A stretch of DNA of 64,000 nt from an uncultured Flavipsychrobacter sp. (GCA_964461535.1 CAYWUY010000001.1:16784-80783), one strand, 5' to 3'. Counted from the stretch's first letter, positions 17,675 to 27,397 are shown. The notes: a model not told the origin generated them from the letters alone. Made by a program: numbers and translations.

Positions 17675-18220
17675 ATGACTATAAAAGAACTATATAACAA
17701 CATCCCGAACTTGGTAAGAAGCTTTCTTATCAAAGCACTTGTTATATTGGTAGTATGGAAGCTGTTATATGGATTTGTATTAGAGCCGGCTCGCATACCT
17801 GATAAGTTTTTGGTAAACATTACCGGTTATTCTACCCAAATACTGCTATCATTCTTTTATAAAAATGTAAGTGTAGACTATATTACTTCCAACGACATAC
17901 AATCTGCTATAGTAAATATTGACGGTAGAAAGGTAATAGGTATTGCTGACCCCTGTAATGGTTTAGATGTTTATGTACTTTTCTTGTCTTTTCTATATTG
18001 TTTTCCGGGTAGCTGGAAGAAACGTGGCTTATACGTACTTACAGGCCTACCCTACATCTATATAATCAATACTATAAGATGTGGCCTAATAGCGTGGCTA
18101 AACATATCGCATAAGGGATGGGTAGACATCAGCCACCACTACCTATTTACAGCAGCAGTATACATACTAGTATTCTTAGTGTGGATGCGCTACACAAAAA
18201 ACACTGTGGTGCATGAATAA
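17675..18220 (+). CDS. xrtF: Exosortase-family protein, XrtF-like
   Basis: 181-aa polytopic membrane protein. Exosortase catalytic-type motifs occur in order: Cys in DPCNGLD, Arg in INTIRCG, His in DISHHYLF. Its small size and 8-nt overlap with a 130-aa membrane partner match the XrtF plus XrtF-associated pair of Bacteroidota. Confidence 0.65.
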   Translation: MTIKELYNNIPNLVRSFLIKALVILVVWKLLYGFVLEPARIPDKFLVNITGYSTQILLSFFYKNVSVDYITSNDIQSAIVNIDGRKVIGIADPCNGLDVYVLFLSFLYCFPGSWKKRGLYVLTGLPYIYIINTIRCGLIAWLNISHKGWVDISHHYLFTAAVYILVFLVWMRYTKNTVVHE

Positions 18221-18605
18221 GTCTGTACGATTTGTTGTATACATTATTATTATACTTGTTTTCAGTTGGCTAAATAATTGGCTATTTGGCTCCAGCAAAA
18301 CTGTATCTCTCCCGGAATATATTAATCAAATAGCACATTATATTATATTAGCTATTACTTGGTTTATAGGTCGTTCTTACCTTAAGTTAAGTAGTTTACT
18401 ATGGCTACAAAAATTATGGAACATTACGTATATAGCAGCGCTAGGCGTAGTAATAGGTCTCACAGGTTTGTACCTTATTACACATCTATTTGTACTCAGG
18501 CATTGGGCAGCCGACATAAGGAATGTATTTATTAGCCCTTTACCGCTCTTAGTATTTTTTATACTACAGCAGGTAACTATAAATAGTACCAAAAGCCAAC
18601 CATAG
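18213..18605 (+). CDS. Exosortase F system-associated membrane protein (putative)
   Basis: 130 aa with about 4 TM helices. Its start overlaps the xrtF stop (ATGAATAA), implying translational coupling. The assignment rests on position and size. Confidence 0.5.
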   Translation: MNKSVRFVVYIIIILVFSWLNNWLFGSSKTVSLPEYINQIAHYIILAITWFIGRSYLKLSSLLWLQKLWNITYIAALGVVIGLTGLYLITHLFVLRHWAADIRNVFISPLPLLVFFILQQVTINSTKSQP

Positions 18606-18613
18606 TATCTTAC

Positions 18614-20389
18614 TTAAAAGAAGCTATAATCTCTTCTAGGCGCATTTACCCTAATACCAAAATAAAACAAATTGGTAGTTAGTGGTCCATTAATGTAGCC
18701 CGATGTAGCAATGGCAGGTGTGGTGGCTGTAGTGGTAAAATTGCGGTAAACTGCACCCATGTCTAAATATACATTACGAGCCATTTGGTAAGATGCATTT
18801 AGATTCACGTTCAAACACTCGCTTCTTGGGCCATTTATCAGCTTTACTCCATACTCATTAGATGCTGTTGTATACCCTTTATATATCACATTACCATTAT
18901 TCATAGTACCAGTATCTGTACCTTGTACATAATACATACACTTTAAGGTAAACATCCAGTTTTTAGACGCTTGGTATTTGGCCACACCTATGGCTTTATA
19001 AAAACCTGCACCCAGAGGGTCGGCCAATGGCTGATTATAGTTGGTATAGTTTGAAGAAGAATCTTTAGCAGTATACATGTAAGGTCTTACTATATTCAAT
19101 TCGGCCTGCAAGTCTAGGTTTTTAATAGTGAAGGCGTCAAAATACTTAGCACCCATCTGTAGTCCCCATTTATTGCCATACCAACCTCTATTGCTGAAAA
19201 ATTCCTTGGCTCTAAATTCGTTTAGTGCTACTTGTCCGTATAACTGAATATGGCGTCCTACTAATGCTTTACCAAAGAAGCCTATCAAACTTTTATCACC
19301 AGCCCCATTGAAGTAGTTTAAGGTATACGTAAGGGCTACAGGATTCAAGTAAGATAGCTCATATCCATTACTTCTATTAAACACTGCAGACTCAAAGAAG
19401 CCTAAATTCAACCATCTGGATGCGTTATAAGATATGTTATGTATAGTAGCATATTTTTTACCATATATACCATCTCCATCTAGCTTGTTAAACTGATCAG
19501 TTAACTGTAGGTATAAGGTTTCGTAATTAATCTTCCAGATACGTGTACGCAAACGTAAAAAGGGCATATTAGATGAAAAATCAGTTAGAAATAGGCTACT
19601 GATACCATCTCCAAAAAAGAACTTACCCGAACCAAATGTAATATTCACCCTATCTTTCACAGCTGCAAAATCTATATAGCCGCTAGCCATTAAGTATTCA
19701 AATGCCTTGCTACGTGCAGTGTCAGGCTTAATAAAATAATCTGCTCCAGGCATTGCCATCCACTTGCCGACCTGATACCTAGGCCCTTTTACTGCATAGT
19801 TATATACATATGCCGGTAGTATTTCCTGCGTTTCAGCTATTACAGTATAAAAACCTATTTTCTTTGATATCCATCCTCTTATTTCTAAGTCGCGGCTATT
19901 ATAAGTAAGCATAGAAGCCGTACTCTTAATACTTGGTGAGTTCTGCTGGCTAGTGCTCATAACATTAATCAATGGATTTACTACCAAAAAGAAATCCTTT
20001 GTTTTTACGTATGCGGCATTATACTGTGTTTTATAAAATGTATTTAAAAAAGGTCTTCTTCTCGATCTAATTGCTCCTTCTTCATCGGGTGCCCATTCGC
20101 CGCTTTCCGATATCAGTTGCTGCAAATTATGCTTATCTAGCCTGCTTAAATAGCCTTTGGAAGTAGTATCTGCCGCTTTTTCCAGCGCACCTTCAGCAAA
20201 GTATACCGCATTCTTTCTAGACTCTAGTTTATCATTCAGCCTTAAACTATCTGATAGCCTGCCGCTAAGTGTTTCTACCCTATCCATAGTATGATAAGCA
20301 TCGCTACCCATATTCAAATAAGTAGTTTGTGCATATACACTTATAGTTGATGCACAGCAAGAAAGAAGTAGTAAAGCTTTTTTTATCAT
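18614..20389 (-). CDS. Outer-membrane beta-barrel protein, possibly Wzi-like capsule-assembly family
   Basis: 591 aa with a signal peptide ending YAQ. The N-terminal helical segment (YHTMDRVETLSGRL...ESRKNAVYFAEG) resembles the Wzi N-terminus. It has long alternating Y/G/N-rich strands and a C-terminal aromatic end (DYSFF). Confidence 0.45.
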   Translation of the reverse strand: MIKKALLLLSCCASTISVYAQTTYLNMGSDAYHTMDRVETLSGRLSDSLRLNDKLESRKNAVYFAEGALEKAADTTSKGYLSRLDKHNLQQLISESGEWAPDEEGAIRSRRRPFLNTFYKTQYNAAYVKTKDFFLVVNPLINVMSTSQQNSPSIKSTASMLTYNSRDLEIRGWISKKIGFYTVIAETQEILPAYVYNYAVKGPRYQVGKWMAMPGADYFIKPDTARSKAFEYLMASGYIDFAAVKDRVNITFGSGKFFFGDGISSLFLTDFSSNMPFLRLRTRIWKINYETLYLQLTDQFNKLDGDGIYGKKYATIHNISYNASRWLNLGFFESAVFNRSNGYELSYLNPVALTYTLNYFNGAGDKSLIGFFGKALVGRHIQLYGQVALNEFRAKEFFSNRGWYGNKWGLQMGAKYFDAFTIKNLDLQAELNIVRPYMYTAKDSSSNYTNYNQPLADPLGAGFYKAIGVAKYQASKNWMFTLKCMYYVQGTDTGTMNNGNVIYKGYTTASNEYGVKLINGPRSECLNVNLNASYQMARNVYLDMGAVYRNFTTTATTPAIATSGYINGPLTTNLFYFGIRVNAPRRDYSFF

Positions 20390-20417
20390 AAAGGCGTTTT
20401 ATACAATGTGTATATGG

Positions 20418-20425
20418 TAGATTTG
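20418..20425 (+). promoter_or_regulatory. -7 promoter box (TAGATTTG)
   Basis: TAnnTTTG, 33 nt upstream of the ATG at 20459. Confidence 0.45.
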
Positions 20426-20458
20426 TAACAAAATTAAGCGTTAAAACTTATACTACTA

Positions 20459-21790
20459 ATGGCTAACACATTAATAAAAGGTGCTACAATAGTTAACGAG
20501 GGCAAACAATATGTTGCTGACCTACTTATTAAAGATGGCAAAATAGAGAAAATAGCCCCCAATATTTCTATAGATGGTGCTTATGAAGAAATAGTGGGCG
20601 AAGGTTTGTATCTACTACCTGGAGTAATTGACGACCAAGTACACTTTAGAGAACCTGGCCTAACACACAAAGCCAACATAGCTTCTGAAGCTCGTGCTGC
20701 TGTAGCCGGTGGCGTTACTAGCTTTATGGAAATGCCCAATACAAATCCTCCGGCACTAACACTAGAATTGCTTGAGGAAAAGTATGACATAGCTGCTGCT
20801 ACATCAGTAGCTAACTACTCTTTCTTTATGGGTGTATCTAATAGTAATGCTGAAGAAGTGTTACGCGTAAACGCCCGCAAAAAAGATATTTGTGGTGTAA
20901 AAATATTCATGGGTTCCAGCACAGGAGACATGCTGGTAGACAACTATATTACCTTAAATAAAATTTTCTGCGAATCAGAACTGCTTATAGCCACTCACTG
21001 CGAAGATGAGCGTGTTGTAGCTGCCAATAAAACCAAGTACCCTAACCCTGACCATGCATCTTACCACCCGCTGATACGCGATGTAGAGGCTTGCTTTTCC
21101 AGTTCGTTCTCAGCCATTCAGCTAGCTAAACAGTGCAACACCCGCTTACATATATTACATATAACTACGGCTAAAGAGCTACAGTTATTTACTAATATGT
21201 TTCCGTTAAAAGACAAACGTATTACCTCTGAAGTGTGCGTACATCATCTACATTTTACAGCAGATGATTATGAAACTTACGGAAATCTTATAAAATGTAA
21301 CCCCGCTATAAAATCGGCTGAAAATAAGGAAGCTCTTTGGGAGGCTCTTTTAGATGACAGACTTGATATAATTGCAACCGACCACGCCCCGCACACTTGG
21401 GAAGAGAAAAGCCAACCTTATGCTCAGGCTCCTGCAGGGGTTCCTTTAGTGCAGCACACATTACTTCTTATGCTGCAATATGCCAAAGAAGGACGAATAA
21501 GCATAGAAAAAGTAGTAGAAAAAATGTGCCATGCTCCTGCCGAATGCTTTGAAATTGCCGATAGAGGCTACATAAGAGAAGGCTATTGGGCAGATTTAGT
21601 GTTGGTAGATGTTAGAGATAACTTTACCGTTACCAAACAAAATATACTCTATAAGTGTGGTTGGTCGCCGTTTGAAGGGCATACATTCCCTGCCAAAGTA
21701 AAATATACTTTCGTAAATGGTAATGTAGTTTATGAAAACGGTCAAGTTTTGGATCTTCATAAGGGGCAAAGACTAGCCTTTAACAGATAA
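20459..21790 (+). CDS. pyrC: Dihydroorotase (class I amidohydrolase)
   Basis: 443 aa. It has the metal-binding DDQVHFREPG motif, and the later ATDHAPH motif typical of cyclic amidohydrolases/DHOase. Confidence 0.85.
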   Translation: MANTLIKGATIVNEGKQYVADLLIKDGKIEKIAPNISIDGAYEEIVGEGLYLLPGVIDDQVHFREPGLTHKANIASEARAAVAGGVTSFMEMPNTNPPALTLELLEEKYDIAAATSVANYSFFMGVSNSNAEEVLRVNARKKDICGVKIFMGSSTGDMLVDNYITLNKIFCESELLIATHCEDERVVAANKTKYPNPDHASYHPLIRDVEACFSSSFSAIQLAKQCNTRLHILHITTAKELQLFTNMFPLKDKRITSEVCVHHLHFTADDYETYGNLIKCNPAIKSAENKEALWEALLDDRLDIIATDHAPHTWEEKSQPYAQAPAGVPLVQHTLLLMLQYAKEGRISIEKVVEKMCHAPAECFEIADRGYIREGYWADLVLVDVRDNFTVTKQNILYKCGWSPFEGHTFPAKVKYTFVNGNVVYENGQVLDLHKGQRLAFNR

Positions 21791-23109
21791 TGCAGAACGA
21801 CAAAATAACACTTAAAGACCTATCTATATATGGCAGCGAGGGGCAGAGCAATATCTTCTCGCTGCTAGACCATACCACTAGCATGATGGGTAGAGATATG
21901 CTGAAGAAAATGATTCAGCAACCACCATCAGGCTTTGGTCTATTACTGAAGACACAAGATGTTATAAAGTTTTGGCATAAATACCCTGATTTATGGACTA
22001 AAGAAATATCTAACGGAACCCTAGTAATGTTAGATAAGTTTTTTGAGTCTGCCGACCACCAATCTCGTCCTCCGGTAGGTTTGGTATTAGTAGTGGGTCC
22101 TATATTCCAAAAGCTATTCAATAAAAATCAATATCACTTTACAAAGTTCTCTTTATCTCACCTATCAGATTTTTTCAAGGGTTGCAACACATTAGTAAGC
22201 TTATTGCAGCATTCAGAAGTGCCTGAACTACTGGCCTCTGAGCTTGAAAAAATGCAGGCAGAGCTTGATCACGAACTGGTAGATGTTATCATTGGTATCA
22301 ATGCCAATACCGCCTATAAAGATTTAATGCAGGTAAACTACCTGGCACGCAGAGAACTAAAAAGTATGGTGCACAGGCTAATGCTGCACTATTCTCGTAT
22401 AGATGCATGGCGCTCGCTAGCTATTTGTACCCATCAACAAAACTGGGTATTCCCCACACTAGTAGCCGGCACCGAAACTTGCTACTGCACACAAGGTTTA
22501 TACCACCCGCTTATTAGCACCCCTATAGCCTACGACATTACACTAGACCGTGGTAAAAACTTCATGATACTTACCGGCGCCAACATGTCGGGCAAAACCA
22601 CCTTTATGAGAGCTATGGGTGTGGGTGCTATGCTAGCTCACCTAGGCATGGGTGTGCCTGCACAATTCATGAAAATCAGCTTTATGGAAGGGGTTATTAC
22701 CAATATGCATGTTGAAGACAACATACTAAAAGGGGAAAGCTATTTTTTTGCTGAGGTACAACGCATGAAACAGACTGCCGCAAAGTTGCTACAACCCAAT
22801 ACTCACTTGGTGCTAATGGATGAGCTTTTTAAAGGTACTAATGTGCATGATGCCTGTGAGTGTACTAAAGCCGTTGTAGAGGGACTATTAAAACACAAGG
22901 AGCATCTCATGGTGCTGTCTACACACTTGTATGAAGTAGCCCATCAGTTTGCCGACGATAGCAATATTTCTTTTGCTTATTTTGAAACACTTATGGACGA
23001 TGCTGGTAGCTACAATTTCACCTACACTTTAAAGCAAGGTATTTCTAACGACAGAATCGGTTATAAAATATTACTAAAAGAGGGTGTAATTGATTTACTG
23101 AAAAGCTAA
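21790..23109 (+). CDS. MutS-related protein lacking the mismatch-binding and connector domains (core plus ATPase only)
   Basis: 439 aa. The N-terminus aligns to the MutS core (LKDLSIYGSEGQSNIFSLLDHTTSMMGRDMLKKMIQQP). Walker A is LTGANMSGKTTFMRA, Walker B is LVLMDELFKGTN, and STHL is present. Its ATG overlaps the pyrC TAA by 1 nt. Confidence 0.8.
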   Translation: MQNDKITLKDLSIYGSEGQSNIFSLLDHTTSMMGRDMLKKMIQQPPSGFGLLLKTQDVIKFWHKYPDLWTKEISNGTLVMLDKFFESADHQSRPPVGLVLVVGPIFQKLFNKNQYHFTKFSLSHLSDFFKGCNTLVSLLQHSEVPELLASELEKMQAELDHELVDVIIGINANTAYKDLMQVNYLARRELKSMVHRLMLHYSRIDAWRSLAICTHQQNWVFPTLVAGTETCYCTQGLYHPLISTPIAYDITLDRGKNFMILTGANMSGKTTFMRAMGVGAMLAHLGMGVPAQFMKISFMEGVITNMHVEDNILKGESYFFAEVQRMKQTAAKLLQPNTHLVLMDELFKGTNVHDACECTKAVVEGLLKHKEHLMVLSTHLYEVAHQFADDSNISFAYFETLMDDAGSYNFTYTLKQGISNDRIGYKILLKEGVIDLLKS

Positions 23110-23114
23110 TCTAT

Positions 23115-24650
23115 CTATTCGTCTCTATCTTCAGACCTTTCAGGACAACCAAAGTGTTTCCATGTACCCGGTTCTGTAGGGCATTGGTCTACTCTGTCAG
23201 ATACATGGTCACCATCAGTATCTTTTATACGCTTATGCTTTATAGGTATACCACCACCTATGTATATATTAGCACCGTACTGATTGCCACCTACTAAGCC
23301 CAAAACATCATCGCTACCTATATAAAAGCCAGATAATGTAGCACCTATACCTACCTTAACCGAAGAAGATAAAAAGCCATAAGTAATTGGTAAACCTACT
23401 GTGTATAAAGAAGTCTCATACCTAGGAGTTACTGTAATTTGGTCGTAATAAGAATTACCAAAATTATTGCGATTAGCAAGGTTGCCAATGTATGTAGCGT
23501 TTACATAAATGTGCTTATATGCATTATAGTCTACACCCAATACTATGCGGGTAGGCATGTATAACTGTGTAGCAGTCTTTGCCGTATCAGCAGAAAAACC
23601 CTGCTGCAAAGCATAATTCTTAAAATCGTTATAGCTCTTTACGTTATCAGATAATCCCTTCCCGGTCATAGTGCCATTACCTTTTACTGATAGTGTATAA
23701 TTATTATCAGCAGTATAATTAATAACACCTAAATCTAATACCGATGCCGAAACTCTGAACAAATAGCGGTTCACCGAATTATCTACCAACTTCTCGCCAT
23801 CCATTACATAGGTAGCAGCATCTGTATTTTCTATATAGTCGTATACCACACCTATATCTGCACCTAGCCCACTACCTGCTTTATTGCCAAAAAAGCTATT
23901 GAACATATTGCCGGTAGTCAATCCTTTGCTCACATCGTTATTAGTAGTTAGTATATTACTAGTATACTTTATATCGGTGTTAGTGGCATTAAGAGTATCG
24001 TTTCTTAGGTTAATATCCATGTTATTACCCTTCAACCCTATATAGCCCATACCTGCAAGATACCTTAGAGTAACACCTAACTTTAGTTGGCTTTTACCTT
24101 TTTCTAATAGTATAGTAGAGTAAGACAGTCCCATCTCTGACCACAACTGAGCAGTCCAGTTAAAATTTTGAGCTTTTAACGCCACAGAGCCCGATGTTAA
24201 ATACTTATCGTCAGTTATTGTTCGGTATAAAGTCTGATTAAAATTATTGAACTGATTGAAAACCCTTGCTCTGGTAGTAAAGGCAAAAGTGTGTTTCCTA
24301 TTCAGAGCGTATATAACGCTTGGGCCTCTCAATTCTGCATAAGGTGCCAATAGGCTAAAATTCTCTCTATTAGAAAACTTAAATACACTATTCACATTGG
24401 CATTGTCATCATTAGCAAAGTCTATAACTTTAGATAAAGACTCCAACTTACCTAGATTGTTATCTATACCTGCATTCATACCCACAATGTCTACATATAG
24501 TTTATACTTACCATCAGCTAGTGCAGCTGGGTTTAGGTATGCACTATTAAGCCCCGAGTAGTTGCCTGTTGACACTCCCAAGTTGTACTGCGCATGCGCT
24601 GCAAATCCGCTTAGTAATACCGATGCTATTAGTAGTAGTTTTTTACTCAT
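23115..24650 (-). CDS. Outer-membrane protein (beta-rich) ending in a thrombospondin type-3-like Ca-binding motif
   Basis: The likely start is MSKKLLLIASVLLSGFAAHAQ (ATG 24650). It is Y/G/N-rich and barrel-like throughout. The C-terminus DTDGDHVSDRVDQCPTEPG resembles the TSP3 repeats found in Bacteroidota OmpA-family linkers. Confidence 0.55.
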   Translation of the reverse strand: MSKKLLLIASVLLSGFAAHAQYNLGVSTGNYSGLNSAYLNPAALADGKYKLYVDIVGMNAGIDNNLGKLESLSKVIDFANDDNANVNSVFKFSNRENFSLLAPYAELRGPSVIYALNRKHTFAFTTRARVFNQFNNFNQTLYRTITDDKYLTSGSVALKAQNFNWTAQLWSEMGLSYSTILLEKGKSQLKLGVTLRYLAGMGYIGLKGNNMDINLRNDTLNATNTDIKYTSNILTTNNDVSKGLTTGNMFNSFFGNKAGSGLGADIGVVYDYIENTDAATYVMDGEKLVDNSVNRYLFRVSASVLDLGVINYTADNNYTLSVKGNGTMTGKGLSDNVKSYNDFKNYALQQGFSADTAKTATQLYMPTRIVLGVDYNAYKHIYVNATYIGNLANRNNFGNSYYDQITVTPRYETSLYTVGLPITYGFLSSSVKVGIGATLSGFYIGSDDVLGLVGGNQYGANIYIGGGIPIKHKRIKDTDGDHVSDRVDQCPTEPGTWKHFGCPERSEDRDE

Positions 24651-24800
24651 GCAATGCCTATTGTCTATACACACTTATAATACTAGCGCAATGTACAAAA
24701 CAATATTTATATTATATAATTATATGATTTTTTTACACCTGTTCTGTACTCATCTATAATTATATATCTAAAATCTATTTGCCAATTGCATGTATGTACA

Positions 24801-24808
24801 TATATTTG
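24801..24808 (+). promoter_or_regulatory. -7 promoter box (TATATTTG)
   Basis: TAnnTTTG, 20 nt upstream of the ATG at 24829. Confidence 0.5.
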
Positions 24809-24828
24809 CATCATAAAACAGTAAAACA

Positions 24829-25446
24829 ATGAAAAAATTAATTCTACTGGCTGCTCTTTTTACAGGCACTCTTACAGCCAATGCACAAACAAAAACTACT
24901 GCAGCTCCTGCTGCCGCAGCTGCTACTTGGAACGTTGATCCAACACACACTACAGTTAAATTCACAGTATCTCACCTTGTAGTTTCTGAGGTTGATGGTC
25001 GTTTCAAAGTGTTTAACGGTAAAGTAGAGTCAACTAACGCTGACTTCAACAATGCTAAAGTATCTTTCGATGTAGATGTAAACAGCATCAATACAGATAA
25101 CGAAATGCGTGATGGTCACTTAAAAGGTGATGATTTCTTCAACGCTGAAAAATATCCTAAAATGACTTTCACTAGCACTTCTTTCAGAAAAGTAAAAGGA
25201 AGCAGCTATGTACTAGAAGGTAATTTAACTATCCGCGATGTAACTAAAAAAGTAACATTTGCTGTTACTTATGGTGGTACAATGAAAGATCCTTGGGGTA
25301 ACATCAAAGCTGGTTTCAAAGCTACAGGTAAAATAAGCCGTAAAGCTTACAACCTAAAATGGAACACTTTAACAGAAAGCGGCGGTGCTGTAGTAGGCGA
25401 CGAAGTAGCTATCACTGTTAACCTAGAAGTAGCAAAAGCTAAATAA
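24829..25446 (+). CDS. YceI-family periplasmic protein
   Basis: 205 aa with a signal peptide. YceI hallmarks are present: W.VDPTHTTVKFTVSHLVVSEVDGRFK, RDGHLKGDDFFNAEKYPKMTF and GNLTIRDVTK. Confidence 0.88.
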   Translation: MKKLILLAALFTGTLTANAQTKTTAAPAAAAATWNVDPTHTTVKFTVSHLVVSEVDGRFKVFNGKVESTNADFNNAKVSFDVDVNSINTDNEMRDGHLKGDDFFNAEKYPKMTFTSTSFRKVKGSSYVLEGNLTIRDVTKKVTFAVTYGGTMKDPWGNIKAGFKATGKISRKAYNLKWNTLTESGGAVVGDEVAITVNLEVAKAK

Positions 25447-25475
25447 TATAACTGTTGTTTATTTTTATGTAGGGT

Positions 25476-25509
25476 AAGGCCGGCTGTAATAGCTGGCCTT
25501 TACTTTTTT
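25476..25509 (+). terminator. Rho-independent terminator of the yceI-family gene
   Basis: Stem AAGGCCGGCT/AGCTGGCCTT with one G-U pair, followed by TACTTTTTT. Confidence 0.65.
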
Positions 25510-25627
25510 ACGCCTTGGTAGTAGTGCAGATATTGTAGTTTCAATCATTCCCTTTAAAACGCTTAGTTCACATACATCCTAGCCTATTGTACCAACCATT
25601 TTTCAGTACATTACCATCATTTGTACA

Positions 25628-25664
25628 AGATAAAAATGGGCATTGCATCAGCAACACCCATTTT
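25628..25664 (-). terminator. Rho-independent terminator of mgtE
   Basis: Stem AAAATGGG...CCCATTTT with inner TTGC/GCAA pairing. A T-tract follows on the minus strand. Confidence 0.55.
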
Positions 25665-25687
25665 AAAATCTTATGTTAGAAAAACTC

Positions 25688-27397
25688 CTATTTCTTCTTA
25701 TTTAGGTCTACTGTTTTCCATCCCGTTGTGCTAGGATATACTACTACGCTACTATGTAGCGGTTGCCTAATAACAACATCGTAATACTGCCAGTCTTTGG
25801 TTAGGTGTAGTGCATAGTCATCATCCTGATATTTTCCACCAGATTTTGGCCCCCTCCACCATTCCATTAAGTTTTGATTGATAGGCACACGCACTGTACT
25901 ATCGTTTATTAGTTTAGGCATATGGGCGCTATCTGCCTTGGGCATGGTTAGCGTAAATACTGTTTTAGCTCCACTATGCGATACTAATAAAGGCGACTGC
26001 TCATTACTATTTAATATTGTACCCCTCAGCACCATAGCCGCAAAGCTGAAATAGATAATCAGACCGGTAACGTCTACCAAGGTAGCTACAAATGGAGCCG
26101 ATGACGTTGCAGGGTCTATGTTAATGCGCTTTAGTATCATAGGTATCATAGAGCCGCTAAGTGTACCCCATAGTACTATACCTATCAACGATAGAGACAC
26201 AGTAAGCGCAGTTAAATACCAGTATTCACCGGTGCCTTTCAGCCCGTAGTTAGCCCAGTGCAATTGCTGCCATATGGCTATGCGTATAAAACCTATAACA
26301 CCCAGTATAACACCCAAGGTAAGGCCCGATAATATTTCTCTACGCATAACATACCACCATTTCTGTGGGGTAAGTTCATTAAGAGCCATAGCGCGTATTA
26401 TCAGCGTTGCAGCTTGCGAACCACTATTACCACCGCTAGATATAATTAATGGCACAAACAAAGACAACACCAAAGCTGCATCCAGCTCGTTTTGGAAGAA
26501 GCCCATGGCTGTGGCAGTTAGCATTTCACTTAAAAACAATATTATCAACCATACGGCACGCTTACGTATTAGGGTAAAGAACGGTGTCTTTACGTAAGGC
26601 AAGTCTAGCGATTCCAAACCACCAAACTGTTGTATCTCTTTGGTGTCTTTTTCTTCTGCCTCGTCTATTACATCATCAATAGTTACTACTCCCATTACCA
26701 AGTTATTGCTATTGGTAACAGGTATGGCTACCCTATCATACTGTTTAAACTTCTGTATGGCATCGTCTATACTATCTTGTATATCCAGTTTCACATAAAA
26801 GCCATCCATGATATCAGATATCTTTTTATCATGGTTGTTCAGCACCAGTCGTCTTATAGGTATGTCATCTACCAGTTTGCCATTATTATCTACTACGTAT
26901 ATTACATTGGCAGCCGGCGTATCGGTATAAAATCGGCGCAGGTGTTCTACGGCTTGGCCTATAGTCCACTCTTTGCGCACAGTAGTAAAATTGGTATTAA
27001 TCAGTCGGGCAACACTCTTCTCAGGATAACCCAACAAATCATAGGTAGCCAGTCTATTCTTATCATTTAATAGATTCAAATATTCTGTTACCTCTATACC
27101 GTCTAGTGTATCAAAAAAGGCTATTCTGTCATTAGACTCTAGATTGTTTAAGATATTAGAGATGTGCATTTTGGGCAAATCATCGGTAATACCTCTTTGT
27201 AATACGTGGTCTAAATGCGGAAATATTTTTATTTGGATATCTTCAGGTAGGGCTAAAAAGGTATGGATAGCATAATCTCCGGGTAACGACTCTAATAGTT
27301 TCGATACTTCGGCAGCATAGTCTTCATCCTTGCTATGGTGTAGCAATTCGCTGAGGTCGCACTCCAGAATTATCTCCCTCAGGTCCTGAACCAGCAT
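25688..27397 (-). CDS. mgtE: Magnesium transporter MgtE with an extra C-terminal domain of about 107 aa
   Basis: 569 aa. It has the MgtE N-domain, a CBS pair (VVDNNGKLVDDIPIRRL, VTNSNNLVMGVVTIDDV) and a 5-TM channel with the GGNSGSQAAT and PFVATLVDVTG motifs. About 107 additional soluble residues follow the last TM helix. Confidence 0.88.
   Translation of the reverse strand: MLVQDLREIILECDLSELLHHSKDEDYAAEVSKLLESLPGDYAIHTFLALPEDIQIKIFPHLDHVLQRGITDDLPKMHISNILNNLESNDRIAFFDTLDGIEVTEYLNLLNDKNRLATYDLLGYPEKSVARLINTNFTTVRKEWTIGQAVEHLRRFYTDTPAANVIYVVDNNGKLVDDIPIRRLVLNNHDKKISDIMDGFYVKLDIQDSIDDAIQKFKQYDRVAIPVTNSNNLVMGVVTIDDVIDEAEEKDTKEIQQFGGLESLDLPYVKTPFFTLIRKRAVWLIILFLSEMLTATAMGFFQNELDAALVLSLFVPLIISSGGNSGSQAATLIIRAMALNELTPQKWWYVMRREILSGLTLGVILGVIGFIRIAIWQQLHWANYGLKGTGEYWYLTALTVSLSLIGIVLWGTLSGSMIPMILKRINIDPATSSAPFVATLVDVTGLIIYFSFAAMVLRGTILNSNEQSPLLVSHSGAKTVFTLTMPKADSAHMPKLINDSTVRVPINQNLMEWWRGPKSGGKYQDDDYALHLTKDWQYYDVVIRQPLHSSVVVYPSTTGWKTVDLNKKK

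Noticed and set aside
26274-27070. Two + strand ORFs (107 and 146 aa) inside mgtE
   Set aside because: They are antisense to strongly supported MgtE motifs. The 146-aa one is Tyr/Ile-rich, an artefact of AT-rich antisense codons.
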